From contig OZ059894.1 of NCBI GenBank assembly GCA_964057225.1, forward strand, positions 13,640,001 through 13,704,000: 64,000 nucleotides of DNA, read 5' to 3'. Positions within the stretch are counted from its first letter, which is position 1, and every line of letters starts with the position of its first letter. Under the pieces are notes generated by a model that made no database searches, was not told the DNA's origin, and was given only the letters and a program-made list of their open reading frames with translations. Shown in pieces: positions 39,039 through 55,400 of this stretch. The DNA is from Auanema rhodensis (taxonomy: Eukaryota; Animalia; Nematoda). Position numbers and translations under genes: made by a program.

Positions 39039-39695
39039 TAGAAGTGGTAATATAACAAGAGGTAAAACAAAAGCAATAATAATGTCAAATTGATTGAAGA
39101 ATTTTAGAATCAGTGAGAACATACAACATCAGATGTCAAACTCTCACTGTTTGCAATTGTACGTGAATTAAGCATGAATGATTTCTATTCATAGATTATC
39201 AGCAGCGTGCATGAAAAAACTTGAAAAAAACTATTTCAATTCAACTTGTGTAGTTTTTAGTTTACGTTTTTAAGGGAAAATTTATTTGATTTCTATAAAC
39301 GTTAACAACAAAGATCAATGAAATCACAAACTTAAGCTTGAAGAAGTCGCGTAGATACTTGTTGAGCAGAGCGTGGATGCATACCGGATGAAGGTTCGAG
39401 TGCGTCAACTAGGACACACTATCTTTGCCATCTTCGTTGTTCTCACAAACCTCACTACTTTAGCTCAGATCTCTTATTATGGCATTTCTCTCTCTCTCAG
39501 TCTTTTTCTTTCTTTCTTTTTTTTCCTTAGTATTCTTCTTCCTCGTTGCGTATGAGTTTCGTTTACTCACTCGATGACGTCTAGCTTCGCATTATTGGTT
39601 TCATCGTCGACAACCGACGAATATCGTATTCAGAATCCCAAAATGTGTGTCTACCTCCCTGCCAATGGACGTCGAACTAGTGTAGCGTGCTGAGG

Positions 39696-42600
39696 ATGAC
39701 ACCGATCGTCTTCTTCAGTAGCAGTAAGAATATGCTGAAGTTCATGTCACGGAATCTTACTAAGAAATCTTTTCACCTTTTTATCTCGTATTCTACTATA
39801 TATCTAGTAACAATCTAGAATATTTCTCTTTTACTTCATAATACATATGATGAATCTAAGTCATCATCAATTCTATTTAATAATTTATTTTGATAACACG
39901 AATTTTACATTTGTATTCATTTTTAGTTTTCTTTGGACAGACTATAGCATGTGATTTATAAACATCAACAACTTAAAATAATAATTAAGCTTTCAAGTTT
40001 AAACTTTTTCAAGTTGCAAAAGATAAGAATCATTGATCATTAAAAGTCTTTTATTTAATTTCAAATAATCTTAAGAAATGAAATAAAAGTTTTTCTTTTT
40101 TAAAAAAAATTTCTTTGAAAATGTTCAATATTTTACGTTTTTCTATTTAATTTTTAAACTTTTCGAATGAAATGACATTTGAATTCATTAATTTGTCTAG
40201 AGCATTATACAGTTAAACTAATTTAATTAAGAAATAATTTATTGAACTGAAAAATCAATATTACTAAGAATTCCGGAGAAAAAAAAGATTATTGTTTAAT
40301 GAAAATGATGAATATAATGATACTAAAATTCGTTCAAAATATTCATCTTAGTATAGAATCTCATATAAAAAATATTTCAAAACCCTACAATAATACTGAC
40401 CATTAATGAAAAAAGATATTCAAAGCTATGACATTCTTTGATCAAATTGAATTTTTTAAAATTTGTACCTCCTTTTTCATATTTTTTTCTTATAAATATA
40501 AAATCTACGTATTGCTGTAATTATGATAATTCAAATATCTTACAACATCTATCATCGCCAGCTTTCTTATTTTCTTTTCAATCTTACTCTCTTATGTTTG
40601 ATGTCAGTTTAGTTATAAATTCAGATTATTTCATCAAACTCCTATTATTCTTCTATACTAGCTTGATTGAGATGATATGATGATAAGGTGGAGAAGGTAA
40701 AAGTACTGAATAGATATTCACAGACATCTATATCCATGTTATGTATTTTTTTCGTCTGTCTGGCTTTCATTATATAAGAAATTACCTGGATATCATACAT
40801 ATTAGCATATAGATATATGTATATATAGCATAATTGATGTTCAACTTCAAACTTTGATACTTAACATCAAAGTATAAATATATGTAATTAGACATACATA
40901 TAGATGTTTTTTTTTCATTTCACTAGGCAATAAAAGAAAAACTTATTTTCTTCAGACATTAAATCCTTGGCAGCTAAAGTGAATAGTTGTGCTGCAAATA
41001 AAAGAAAAAAACAAAAGAATAACACAAAAATCACGACAAGTCTAAGGCAGATGACAATGTTACATTCATTTACCTATGCTTTCATGTCTCAAGCTCAAAC
41101 TCTTGTGTTCTCTTAGCTACCACTAATATTTATCATAGTGTCAGCTTGTGTCCTTTTTTATTTGAAGTAAGCTTAAAGATTTAGACTGAAATAGATCATT
41201 ATATAAGAATGTTACAATGTTTTTTCTTCAAAAAAAGTTAAGAAAAAAATTTTTCTTCACTCTTAGGCTCTTAGTAAAAGCTATTTTAATCCTTCACTTG
41301 CCGTTTATCATAGACCTTTCGCTTCATATATGAATTGTTTTGTTTTTTTTTTCCAAAAAAAATTGAATCGTGCGCTTGGTGTACATGTAAAAACCTCATG
41401 TTCATTCTTATATTGCTTTGAACTCCGAACCCAATTCAATAAAAACTTTTATATTTCATATGAAAACAAGTTGAAAACAACATTTTCTTTTTTTGTCAAC
41501 TATAAGGGATGAACAAGAAAATCTAATTAATGCCGGTAGATAGTTTTTTTTTTTCTCGAAAACTCATCTTTTTATCATGATATACATACATATATACAGA
41601 AATTGATATACAAACATATTTATGTATATGAATAATAATAAATATTATTAATTTTTATAAATACTTTTATCTATATTTATATTTATAACTCAGACTACTT
41701 TATTTATTGTTATGATTTTTTTATTCTTTCTGCTCATAATGAAGTCAAACTCATTTATGTCGTTTATATACTACGGCATGCTGCTCTGACGTCGGCATCT
41801 TCAACGAGCGTCGTGGCGTCGTTGTCGCTGTGGCCGCATTTTCATATTTTCTTTTACCTTGTTATAATCAATTCTTCTTTTCAAATTGATATAAATTGGT
41901 GATAAAGCCAACTTGTTTTCTCATCCTCAGACTAAAAAAATTTTTGATTGAATCCCACCTCACGTAAATTTTATTTCACGTGTATTTCATTTCATTTATT
42001 CGTTTGACGTAATCCGGCTGGTTATAAACCAAAATTTATAACTTCAAAACTAATATTCATGTAGCTATTGACTTACACAGATATATGTTCTTATATCTAT
42101 GGCTGACAAAGAAAAAAAAAGTTCAAAAATATTTTTTTCACAATCCTCAATGTCATTCTCATCATCACTGACGTCTGGTTGTCTTTACAAAATTCGAAGA
42201 TGAAGACATCTTTTTTTTCAAAAATGTGTTAAAATTTGCCGGTCTTAAAACTTTTCTCCTTCTTTTTACACTGAGTGGTACTTTGTTCTATTCAATTCAA
42301 TTTTATCCGAATTTTGTTCATTTTCCTAAAGCAAAATGATGTTTTTCTTAGATTATATATATATATGCATACATATGAAAGAAAATTAAATTGTAGAAAC
42401 TTCCAAGAGATTGCATATATAATGACCACATCGGAACAAATCTTCTCATATTTTTTTTGGTTTTTCTCAGATATTTTCTTTTTATCTAGCATACTATGTT
42501 ATTCTTTAAGGTCATTTTTCAATTTATCTATTTATCAGACTAGATTCAGCTTGCAAAAGTTGAATGAGTTTGAATAAGGAAAGCTAGACAAGAAACAATT

Positions 42601-45600
42601 TTTGTGTGCTCGTTTACGATTTGTACTTCCGCTAACAAATCAACCCGATTTTTTATTATTTTACTTTCTTTCTTTCTGTATACACACACACACACACACA
42701 TATGTATGTATATGTATATACTATGTAGATGTAAATACATGGAGAGAAGATTGTCCTTTACTGTTTTCACGGTTTCAGTTTCTTCCCATTATGAATATCA
42801 TGGCTTCTCCTTCACTTTCTCCACCTTCTCAATCACTTTTGTCACTTTTTCCATTTACTATGTAATCTAATTCAATTTTCTTCTTATTCAAATAATTTTC
42901 TACGATTAATAAATCAATTATTGTTACTACAGTTACATATCATAGCTGCTATTTGCAATGAAGCTATCAATACAGATATTTTTTTCCAAATTCAATACTA
43001 TTTTAAAAAAAATTTTTTTTTCGTAAATTTGTCTTTTTACATAGGATCTGCATACACATCTCATATACACATACACACTCACACACTCATACACAACCAC
43101 CATACACACACACCCAGATTCACATCAACTTGTTTCAATTCGCTTGTGACCATTCAATATGTGGCTTAAAGACAAATTTCATTCTTTTTCTCGTTATAGT
43201 ATTCATTGCCATTCATCCGATACACATGTATTTTTAATTTTCATTTTTAAAGTTTAAATCCATAACTCTTCTATCATTTATCTATTTGATTATACTTCTA
43301 TATATGTATATGCATGTCTATCTATGTATCTATGCTTATATACTTTTTTTTTCATTTTACTTCAATTCTATTTCATTTATTCGTGAAATTAAAGTATTCC
43401 TAATCAATTTATTGTTTAAAGGCTTTGTCTTTTTATTCTTTTCATAATTCTTATCATTTGTTGTCTGATTTTATAATTTTCGCTACAGGCGGTTTATGGA
43501 TGAGCGAGAACGAGTCTTGTATCCACATTGCAGCCGCCATTCGAGCACAAGGCATCGATGACGTCACGGCGTAAGTTTTTTGATTCTTCAGGATATGATA
43601 AGAATGCATTAGATATAGTTATTATAATTACGAAAACATCACTAAACACTTCATGAAGAATATTTGAAGAAGTTTGGATGTTTTTGTGCAATATTAACCT
43701 ATCGCTTCTGGTGCTCTCTAATGACACTCATAGTCATCATGTTTCCAATATCTCTATCTCTTTGGAAGACAGTTGCTGTGAAGAAAAGTGCTAAAAATTT
43801 GAGAAGATAGTCCGTAAGCGAACTATTTAGCAAATCATCTAGTTCGCATGAGAGCGAATATTTAAAGAAAATAGTTAATTATCTTTTGAAATATTGAAAT
43901 AAAAAACTATAGTTTAAATAATTAGTAGTTTGTTATTTCTAGTAAGGATCATAAACTTCGGATGTTAGTAGTAGAGGAAGGCAGAGAAGGAAAAGAGAGA
44001 AGAGCAATATATTTAGCTGAATATATTCAATTGTTTCTATCTTTTAAATGTTTTATGTGATTAGAAATGTAATGAACCGATGAAATGATATGAGAGAACA
44101 TTCACATCATTGTTCAACGATGTTTTGAAACATACTTTAAAAGATTTGTTTTTATAAGGAAACACTGTTCTATCTTTTTTTTCTTTAAATATATGTAGAT
44201 ACTATATAGAGAGAGGGGGGGGAGAAAGGTTAAGTAAAACACTAGAAACCACAAAAATGTGAGCGAAGATGAGAAGAACAAAATGATCGGAAGCTATTCG
44301 GAGAATGTTACGAGAGCTGATTCCAAGCTCAACTTTTCCCAGTTGATCAGAGTTCACCATATCGTTCACTTTCGAAGATGATGATGGTGAAAATAGAATA
44401 AAGACCAGACTAGTCAAAAACTAGAGCATTTTTTTCTTCATAATGTTAATTTGAAAATTACATTAGAATATGTACTAATTCACAATTGTATTTGATTTCC
44501 TGAAATGATCACAATTTCGGCCAATAGTAATAAATTCATGGCGAAGGGATGAATTAGTGAGAAATATGAGGAAGTAAAAACTAAGTGAAGGGGGAGGGAA
44601 GTGTAGACATTTTAGTTATTTTTCAGTTCTTTCTAGATGGGGGGGCTTCTATCATATCAATATTCGAGGTTAACAAATATGAGTGGAAAACTCATATGCT
44701 TCAAAAGATAAAAGAATCATGAAACATTAGGCTAAATAAAAAATTATTCAAGTACTTAAGAACACATGTATGTCTATGAATCTAATACATGACTTAATCC
44801 TATATTCAAGCAGTAGTTGAATGTTATCTTTAAATCAGTAGATAACAAAGCATTTCTAGATATTATTCTTCTAAAAATTTATTTATATTCAGGCATTTGA
44901 CGGTGAAGACGTTATTCACTCTCATCTACAGTATTCTCTTTGTGGTAGGACTATTTGGTAACGGTGGTGTATTATGGGCAGTTGCTCGAAATCGACGATT
45001 ACGAAGTGCTCGAAATATATTTCTCCTAAATCTCATTCTATCAGACTTACTTCTTGTACTAACAGCAGTACCAGTCACACCATGGTTAGTTATATAATGA
45101 AACATATTGAAACTTAACATAATCAATTTTAAGGTATGCAATAACTAAAGATTGGCAATTCGGATCAGCAATGTGCCATCTTATGCCTCTCATTAATTCA
45201 TGTTCAGTATTTGTTACAAGGTTTACACGGACTTTATTAATTATACATAACTATATTAATTTTAGTTGGAGTCTAACAGCAATATCATTAGATAAATTTC
45301 TTCACATTATTGACCCAACTAAAGCTCCGGTTACTGTATGTTTTTCACAAATTGCTTATAGAATATTATTTTCATAAATTACAGAAACGACAAGCTGGAG
45401 CAATAACTATTCTAATTTGGCTTGTATCTTCACTAATAAATGTGCCTTACTTATTAAGTTATGAGCTGGTAGACGGAAGGTTTGGTCTATTTAGTCATTG
45501 CATGTAGTTAGGACACACATACTCATATAATCATGAAATATAAATCAAATCATGAGACGTAGACAATCTGCATGAGCAAAAATCTTTTTGTCTCATTTTG

Positions 45601-48042
45601 AGAGAGAAAGCATGAAAAGAAAAAAAATATTCAAATCCATACTGTTTTCTCGTACACGTGATAATTAGCATAAATAACGGTATTTCTCACGTGGCTGACG
45701 GGGAATCAGACACTTATTTTCTTTGAATTGCATGACGCACAATTTTCGGTTGAATTCAAATAAAATTCAAATATACACAATTTTTATTAAAATTTTGGTT
45801 TATAGATATTATGTACCACCTGATGGAAAGCCTTATTGTGGACAATTTTGTGATGAAACCAATTGGCAAAGCGAAAATTCTCGCCGTCTCTATGGAACGA
45901 TGGTTATGCTGCTACAGGTTTTTTAATAGATTGATTAATATTAGAAAATGCTTTTATTTACAGTTTGTCATACCTATGGCTATAATTACATATTGTTATT
46001 TTCGTATTCTTAAAAAAGTTTCAAAGGATATGATAATTCAAAATGTTCAATTTTCCCAATCATTAACACAAAAGCAACGAGGCGATGCAATCAGTAGAAA
46101 GAAACGAGTGAGCTAAAATTATAAGATTATATTATTTCATATCTAATAATGTTTTAGGTAAATTATATTTTGATTGGAATGGTAGTAACTTTTATTGGAT
46201 GTTGGTTGCCACTGACCGCTGTTAATCTTGTTAAAGATTATAGTAAGATTTAATTATATAAAATTGTTAAGCATTAACTTCCGAAATAATATATTTTAAT
46301 ACTATAATATAAGATATATTTAATTTTCATTATTACTAATAATATATTTCAGAGATGGAGCCTTCTTTTCTACTAACACAGCCATTTCTGTGGGCACTGG
46401 TTGCTCATGTTATAGCAATGTCACTGGTTATTTGGAATCCTGTACTGTTTTTCTGGCTCACACGTAAACAGAAAAGAACAGGCTTAAGCAAGATTATAAA
46501 TACATCTGAGGTAACCTTGAGTGAGGTAAATTCGCGACCCGATTTCTATTACATGGCACCAGCATCATCTTCTAGTCTATCGCAAACTTCTAACTTTGCC
46601 TTTGTTAATTTTGTTTTTTCGAACAGTTTAGAGTAAAAAGTCTATTAAGCAATCTATAAGATTAGCATGTTAATTCATCTCTAGAAGCAAATTCGAAAAG
46701 TTTTTGTTCCTGAACAATTTTTGAAAGCTTTTTGAAGTGCATGTCGGCCATGTAACATTAGTCGGTTAAATTGAAACAGCATGAGCATGAGCACACTATT
46801 TCTGTAACTGTTTAATAGTCAGAGAATAACAAACAGAAATATAGGATTCATTTTCTTTTTTATTTTCATTTTGTTCTTGCACTAATATATCCTTATTTAT
46901 CTTTTAAATATACTATTAATGTTTAGGTTATGGCTTCATTTGCTAGTCGTATTGGTAGCAGTATCCGAAGAATGTCAACAAGAAATAATAGTGGCAAAGA
47001 AAAGTAAGTTACATCATTTCCATTATATCTAATCTTTTTACAGTAAAAAATATATAAATTTTCGTATATTTCCCAACAGATTAGCTCATTTGATTCATCT
47101 TATTCTTTCTTTCAATTTTTTTTTCATTCAATCGTTTCTACATTTTCATTTTCCCAACTTCATGAGATATATTTACAATAAGTTTTTCTTTTATAAAAAC
47201 AACAATCTACAGAAACTTAAGACGTAAAAGAAAACAAAAAATAATACAATTGTAGCATTCTCGATCAATGTCCTATTTTTTGTTATCAAGGATATGCTTC
47301 ATTCGAAACACCCTTGTTTTTTTTTTAAACTTAACCTGAAAAATAAAAACTGATTGATTGACTTTAGACAGATTAGATTGACCAACCGCGAAACTTCCTC
47401 ATCGTCTCACAAGTTTCTCTGATGGCTATCAGTAAGCTCTGTCAGCAAACGTTTGATGTGAAGCTTGTCATTCGGCGATTAAAAAGAAAAATATTTGAAA
47501 CTACGGATATTCACTTCAATACTGATCCAAAACATGATACGTGGCTTATCCAAAGATTTATGTTGAATCTTCAATGGTTTAAGAAAATCATGTGAATATT
47601 CGTATGATTCTTGTCCGTTTTACGAGTGTCAAAAACCTCATTCCCTTCATTTTTCAGATTACACTCTCTATACTCTTAAAATTATAACTTTTACTAAATA
47701 TGATGTGAGATTACAAATAAAAAAAAACAGAACGCAACCAATTCTAACGCTTGTTCAAAATAAAATATAATAATTAGCATATCAGCAATATGGATGCTTG
47801 TTAAGCTATTATGCTAATGTTAACTACCTCATTGAACCCTATGTTCTAACTTACTTCTTTATTAATTGACATAATTCATGAATATAATACGAATTTGATA
47901 TGATATAGTTAATTCTCTCTATTTCAGACGCAAACGGCAACAAATGATGGATTCAGAAGTTGTCACGTGCACGACAACTTCACGTCCTCTCATCATTCGT
48001 ACGGAATTATTAAAGACATCCCTATCAACAGAAATGCTATAG
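39696..48042 (+). CDS. npr-5: Neuropeptide-Y-like GPCR NPR-5 (FLP-18 receptor family), multi-exon. Well-supported coding start at 43500; optional in-frame upstream exon at 39696-39723
   Basis: Spliced protein MSENESCIHIAAAIRAQGIDDVTA...FGNGGVLWAVARNRRLRSARNIFLLNL...SWSLTAISLDKFLHI...PYCGQFCDETNWQSENSRR...VSKDMIIQN...WNPVLFFWLTRKQKR...TSRPLIIRT...EML* closely matches my recollection of C. elegans NPR-5. Confidence 0.92.
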
Positions 48043-49516
48043 AATTCATTTCGCACACAGCGTTAACATAATCAGTCACATCATCATCTGATTCTAAGCA
48101 TCCAAGCCTATGCTGTATCATGCGGGTTGCTCATTTGCCATCGATAGTATCTAGGAAATAAAGAAGAACAAGACACATTAACTTGAAACAGGTTTCATTC
48201 AAAACTGTCGTTGGTCTCTCACTTTTCTGAATCTGCCTTCTGAAGGTGGTTGAGAGAATGATGTCGTGCCACTAATCAAAGCTTCATTCTTTTACCGCCT
48301 CGTCTCTGTGCATAACCGGTATTCCTTACTCATTCCTTCTCAACAACAAAATTTTGAAAAATTAATAACTATATTTGATTATTTTTATTTTGAAAAACAG
48401 TTAAAGAAGTTAATCAAGTTTTCTCTCAATATATTTTCATCTCTAGACATATTTCCAACAGAAAATATAATTTTTATATAATACCTGTGTTGATTTTTTT
48501 AATTCAGATTAATCAATTTTTTATATTTTGCTGTTGTTTTTGTTTATGCTTATGTTAGGCCTTAACTGAATTTCTTTAGAATTTTTTTCTGAACATGTAA
48601 ATGCGGGTACAGTTTTTATGCTCTAAAATAAATCTCGTTATTTGTAAATGTTGAAAATCTATATTACATTTAGAATTAAATTGAAAAAAACATTAACAAG
48701 GAGATAACTTTTAAGAAAAATTAGCATGCAATGCAATTTTCTATTATGATTGAATCTAAGCAAAAGATTTCAAATTTCTTTGAGGTCAAAACGATATCAA
48801 AGCCAACACATAATTCTTATTAATCTCTCAGTAGACCAGCTATTTATCTTTTCCAATAAACAGTTGGTCAAACGCATTTGAAGTGAGCAAGGCTTTATGT
48901 CGGAGCTTTGACGAGAAGAAAGACTAATACTTCTGTCATGCAGAATGATAACAATTCATCGAATTCAAGGGATCTGCTTGATGAAATAAAGTCTTCGGTA
49001 AGATAACAACAGAAGAAAATTTAAAACAGAAATATTTATGTCAATTCTGATGAAATGCAATACCCATGAAGAGAGAACGCAAGTGTCATGGCGTTTCTAG
49101 TCAATGCCGGAAATTCACACAAAGGATCATGTACAGATTGTTTAGAAGAGAAAAAATTAAGAGGAAAGGATGATATAGTATAGATAATAACAATAACATA
49201 TAAGGAAATTGGAGTGAGTGAGAGAAGAAAGCAAATGCGGAAGAAATGGGCAAGCTGAAGAATATATTAATAGATCATAAAATGGCGAATTAAAGTGCAA
49301 TAAGTACACACACTGGATATGAAAGAAGAGATTTTCATCATTAATTTGCTAATCTAAGTCTTAATACAGTTTTTCTTTAAAAACGTTTGAGTTAAATAAT
49401 AATTTGATAAGCGAAAATTATCGTTTTCTTCAGCATTCCAAATTTTTGCAACTCGTTGAGTATCTTTGACAATAAACTATGAATTAGATTATCAAAAATA
49501 ACTAAAGTAAGAACAA

Positions 49517-52450
<2,934 letters not shown>

Positions 52451-55400
52451 TCCAGAGGAAGAAGAAGATACCTACACAAAAATACAAAACTATATAAAAG
52501 TAATATCAACCATCAAGTAGGATAAACATTCCATATCTCCGAGCATATATAATTGCCTTCACAACATTAATTGGGAAAAGGGGATAGTAGAATACATTTC
52601 GGTAACTTAAAATTTCAATTTTAATAGCGTGCAGGAGACTGTAGGTCTTTATTAACACTCAGCATCGTGAGTAACTTAAATGAATAAATGTTAGAATCAG
52701 CGCTTTTAATCAAATATATAGCTATGGTTCAGGCTCTAGCCTTCTACTTGAAGCAAAAAAACAACTAAAGCTCGGAAACATAATCGATGTTGAAAGAGAA
52801 AAGAAGGCCATGGAGAATCTAATGTTTGGTAATGGCAAAAAACCGACATTTCAAATAGGAGGGAAGGTTCCTATTTTTTGGGAACAAAAAGAACGATGTA
52901 GATGAAACATCTGAATCAATATAGGAAATCATACAAAAAACGCCGAAGGAGAAGAAAAGAAGGACGTTTGTTCACCAGTGCTTGCTGATACAGCTCTTAT
53001 TTTCCCTTAAATGAAAATGGAAAGCACTGTCAGCATAGATGAACGAAAAGAAGAACTGATAATAGTTTGGCAGTCGCCAGCTCGTCTCGTGCTTTTGAAT
53101 ACATCCCGCCCAGCATGCTCTTTGGGATGATTCTTACGATGTTTTAGCTGGTATTTGGAAGATATTGAATAAGCCATTCGAATTATAAACATACGAGACT
53201 GCACACGTCAATGCTGGATGCAAGATTTGATCAAAGCGGAATGGTGGCACAAAGGAGTGCAAGTTGCGATGGTAAACTATTTATCAAATAAGTGAAAGGA
53301 AAATCATGACAAGCTGCTATCAGTGACTCGAGGAACTGTACAGGCAAAACACGTAACAAACAAATTCCACAGATGGTCATCTACATGCTTTCAAGCAAAA
53401 AAAAAAGTAAAGAAGTAAATATTATTTTCCCCTAATTAATAAAGGTGCACAAGGTCAGTATCAAGTAAGCATTGAAACTCTTAGTATTGTTTTCGGACAG
53501 ATACATGAAGCTCAACCGCATATGTGCAATCCGAAACAAAAAAATGAGGTTGTGTACGCAGAAGCACATATTCCCATTCCATGGCACGCGATATTGCACA
53601 CGTATTTTCAGAAATATCAATTCTCTCCACATGGAATTCTTTATCCAAATTGTGTGGGCATGTGGATTGTGATATCATTTGTTTCGCTTTTAATGATAAA
53701 AGTGTCAAAATTTAAATTTGCTCTTATGTGGCAATATGTCGAGATATAGATTGTAAAAGCAAATGAGTAAAAAGGGAAATCATACCCGTTCCCGACTCCT
53801 CAGCGTCGAAGTAGCTCCCGCGAACAGATTTGCAAATTTTTGAAAAAATGGTTTACAATCTGAAAAATAAGACTAATTATTGGATGAACTTTGGAAAAGT
53901 GGAAAGAAGTGCAAAAATGGAAAATCTACCGAGAGATAAGTTTTGGAACGCAATTTTTAACGCTTTTAATCACAAGATTCAGTGGATGATTAGACAAAGA
54001 AATTGAACTATTGTTAGATACATTAGAACATTTATCGATATTAATGCAAGGTAGTGAAAAACAAGAAAATAATATATTGAAAAAGGATATAATGTTTTTT
54101 TAAGGAAAGTTTATGAAGAAACTTTCTGTCATTTGATGTCGTGAGAAAAAGAATTTCAAGTTAACAGGTGAACAAAATAATTCATAGAACAGTAGATTCT
54201 GATGTGGTTCAGCATCAAAATGCGAGAAAAAGATTTTATGTAAATGCTTATGTTATAAGTGACAGATAGAAATATTACATAAGATGATGTATGAAGCTAG
54301 ATTTTGATACGTAAAAAACAATGAAGGGGGGAAAGTTTAAAGAATTAATGTAAGATATTAAGAGGTGAAACAAGCATTGAAAAACAGGAAGACAAATCAT
54401 CACATCAAAAGTTTAGTGGACCAGATGGCAACATATAGAAGAAAAGTAATAAAAGATACACGAATCTTCTTTTACACTTGCAATAATCTCACGCAGATTG
54501 CAAAGAGGATGGGTGAATGACAACGAGATAAGTAGGAAAGGATATGAGAGAAGAGAAAATATGAGTTGAGCGAAGACTGAAGAGGTATATTTTAGTATAT
54601 AGGTAGATTTCTAGTTACTAATACGGCCTAAATAAACTTCGATATTTTAATCGAAAATATTGAGAAAACTTGAATGCTAAATACTGCAGCTGATGTGAGC
54701 ATCCTCTACAGCCTTCTTATCCAGCTGCTGTCAAGCTCATGGATGAGGACCTATGTATGTATAAATTGCATTCTCGTACGAATCTCTTTTCACTTCTAAC
54801 AGAGCTGATTAGTATCTCTGCTATTTCTATGTCTTTCTTCCCTGTCAATCCTTTCCTCATTATCTAAAAAGACTTAATATATATAAAAAAGAGTTAACAC
54901 CTTATAAGGATTCAATTCAAGCATGGAAGGATTAGAATATAGAAATCGAAAATTATATTTAATCAGAAAAATGAGACGTCAATGAACATATGTATCATAT
55001 GACGCATAATGAATTACAGCTATTAAGAGGTGAGAAGAAGCAAGAAAGAAGTTAATAGTGTTAAAGGAACAAGAGAGAAAAGAAAAAGAGAGAGATTGTC
55101 GAGAACAAGTGTTGAGAAAAAAGGAGGAGTTTCGAAGGACAGGTTGTCGGTCCACGTCGTCCAGCAGCATATCATTTCAGGCCTTCATAGCAAAAGTATG
55201 TATGTCAGAACTGAGCGGAGGTAACAGTTGTCTGGACTGGTGGCCATTCATTTTGCTGTATCGATTAGAAGATATTAGAAACAAAAAGAGCTGAATGGAG
55301 AGTAATCAAAGATATGAGAGATGGAGAAGAATAAGAACATGAAAGGCAAGTGAGGAAAGAAATTACAAGCTTCAAGTGAGGATGAAGGATGAAGGATGAG

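Noticed and set aside
5791-48191. Scattered CTGTTTCA (piRNA Ruby-like) motifs
   Set aside because: Only a handful over 64 kb, several inside exons, with no clustering as expected for piRNA loci.
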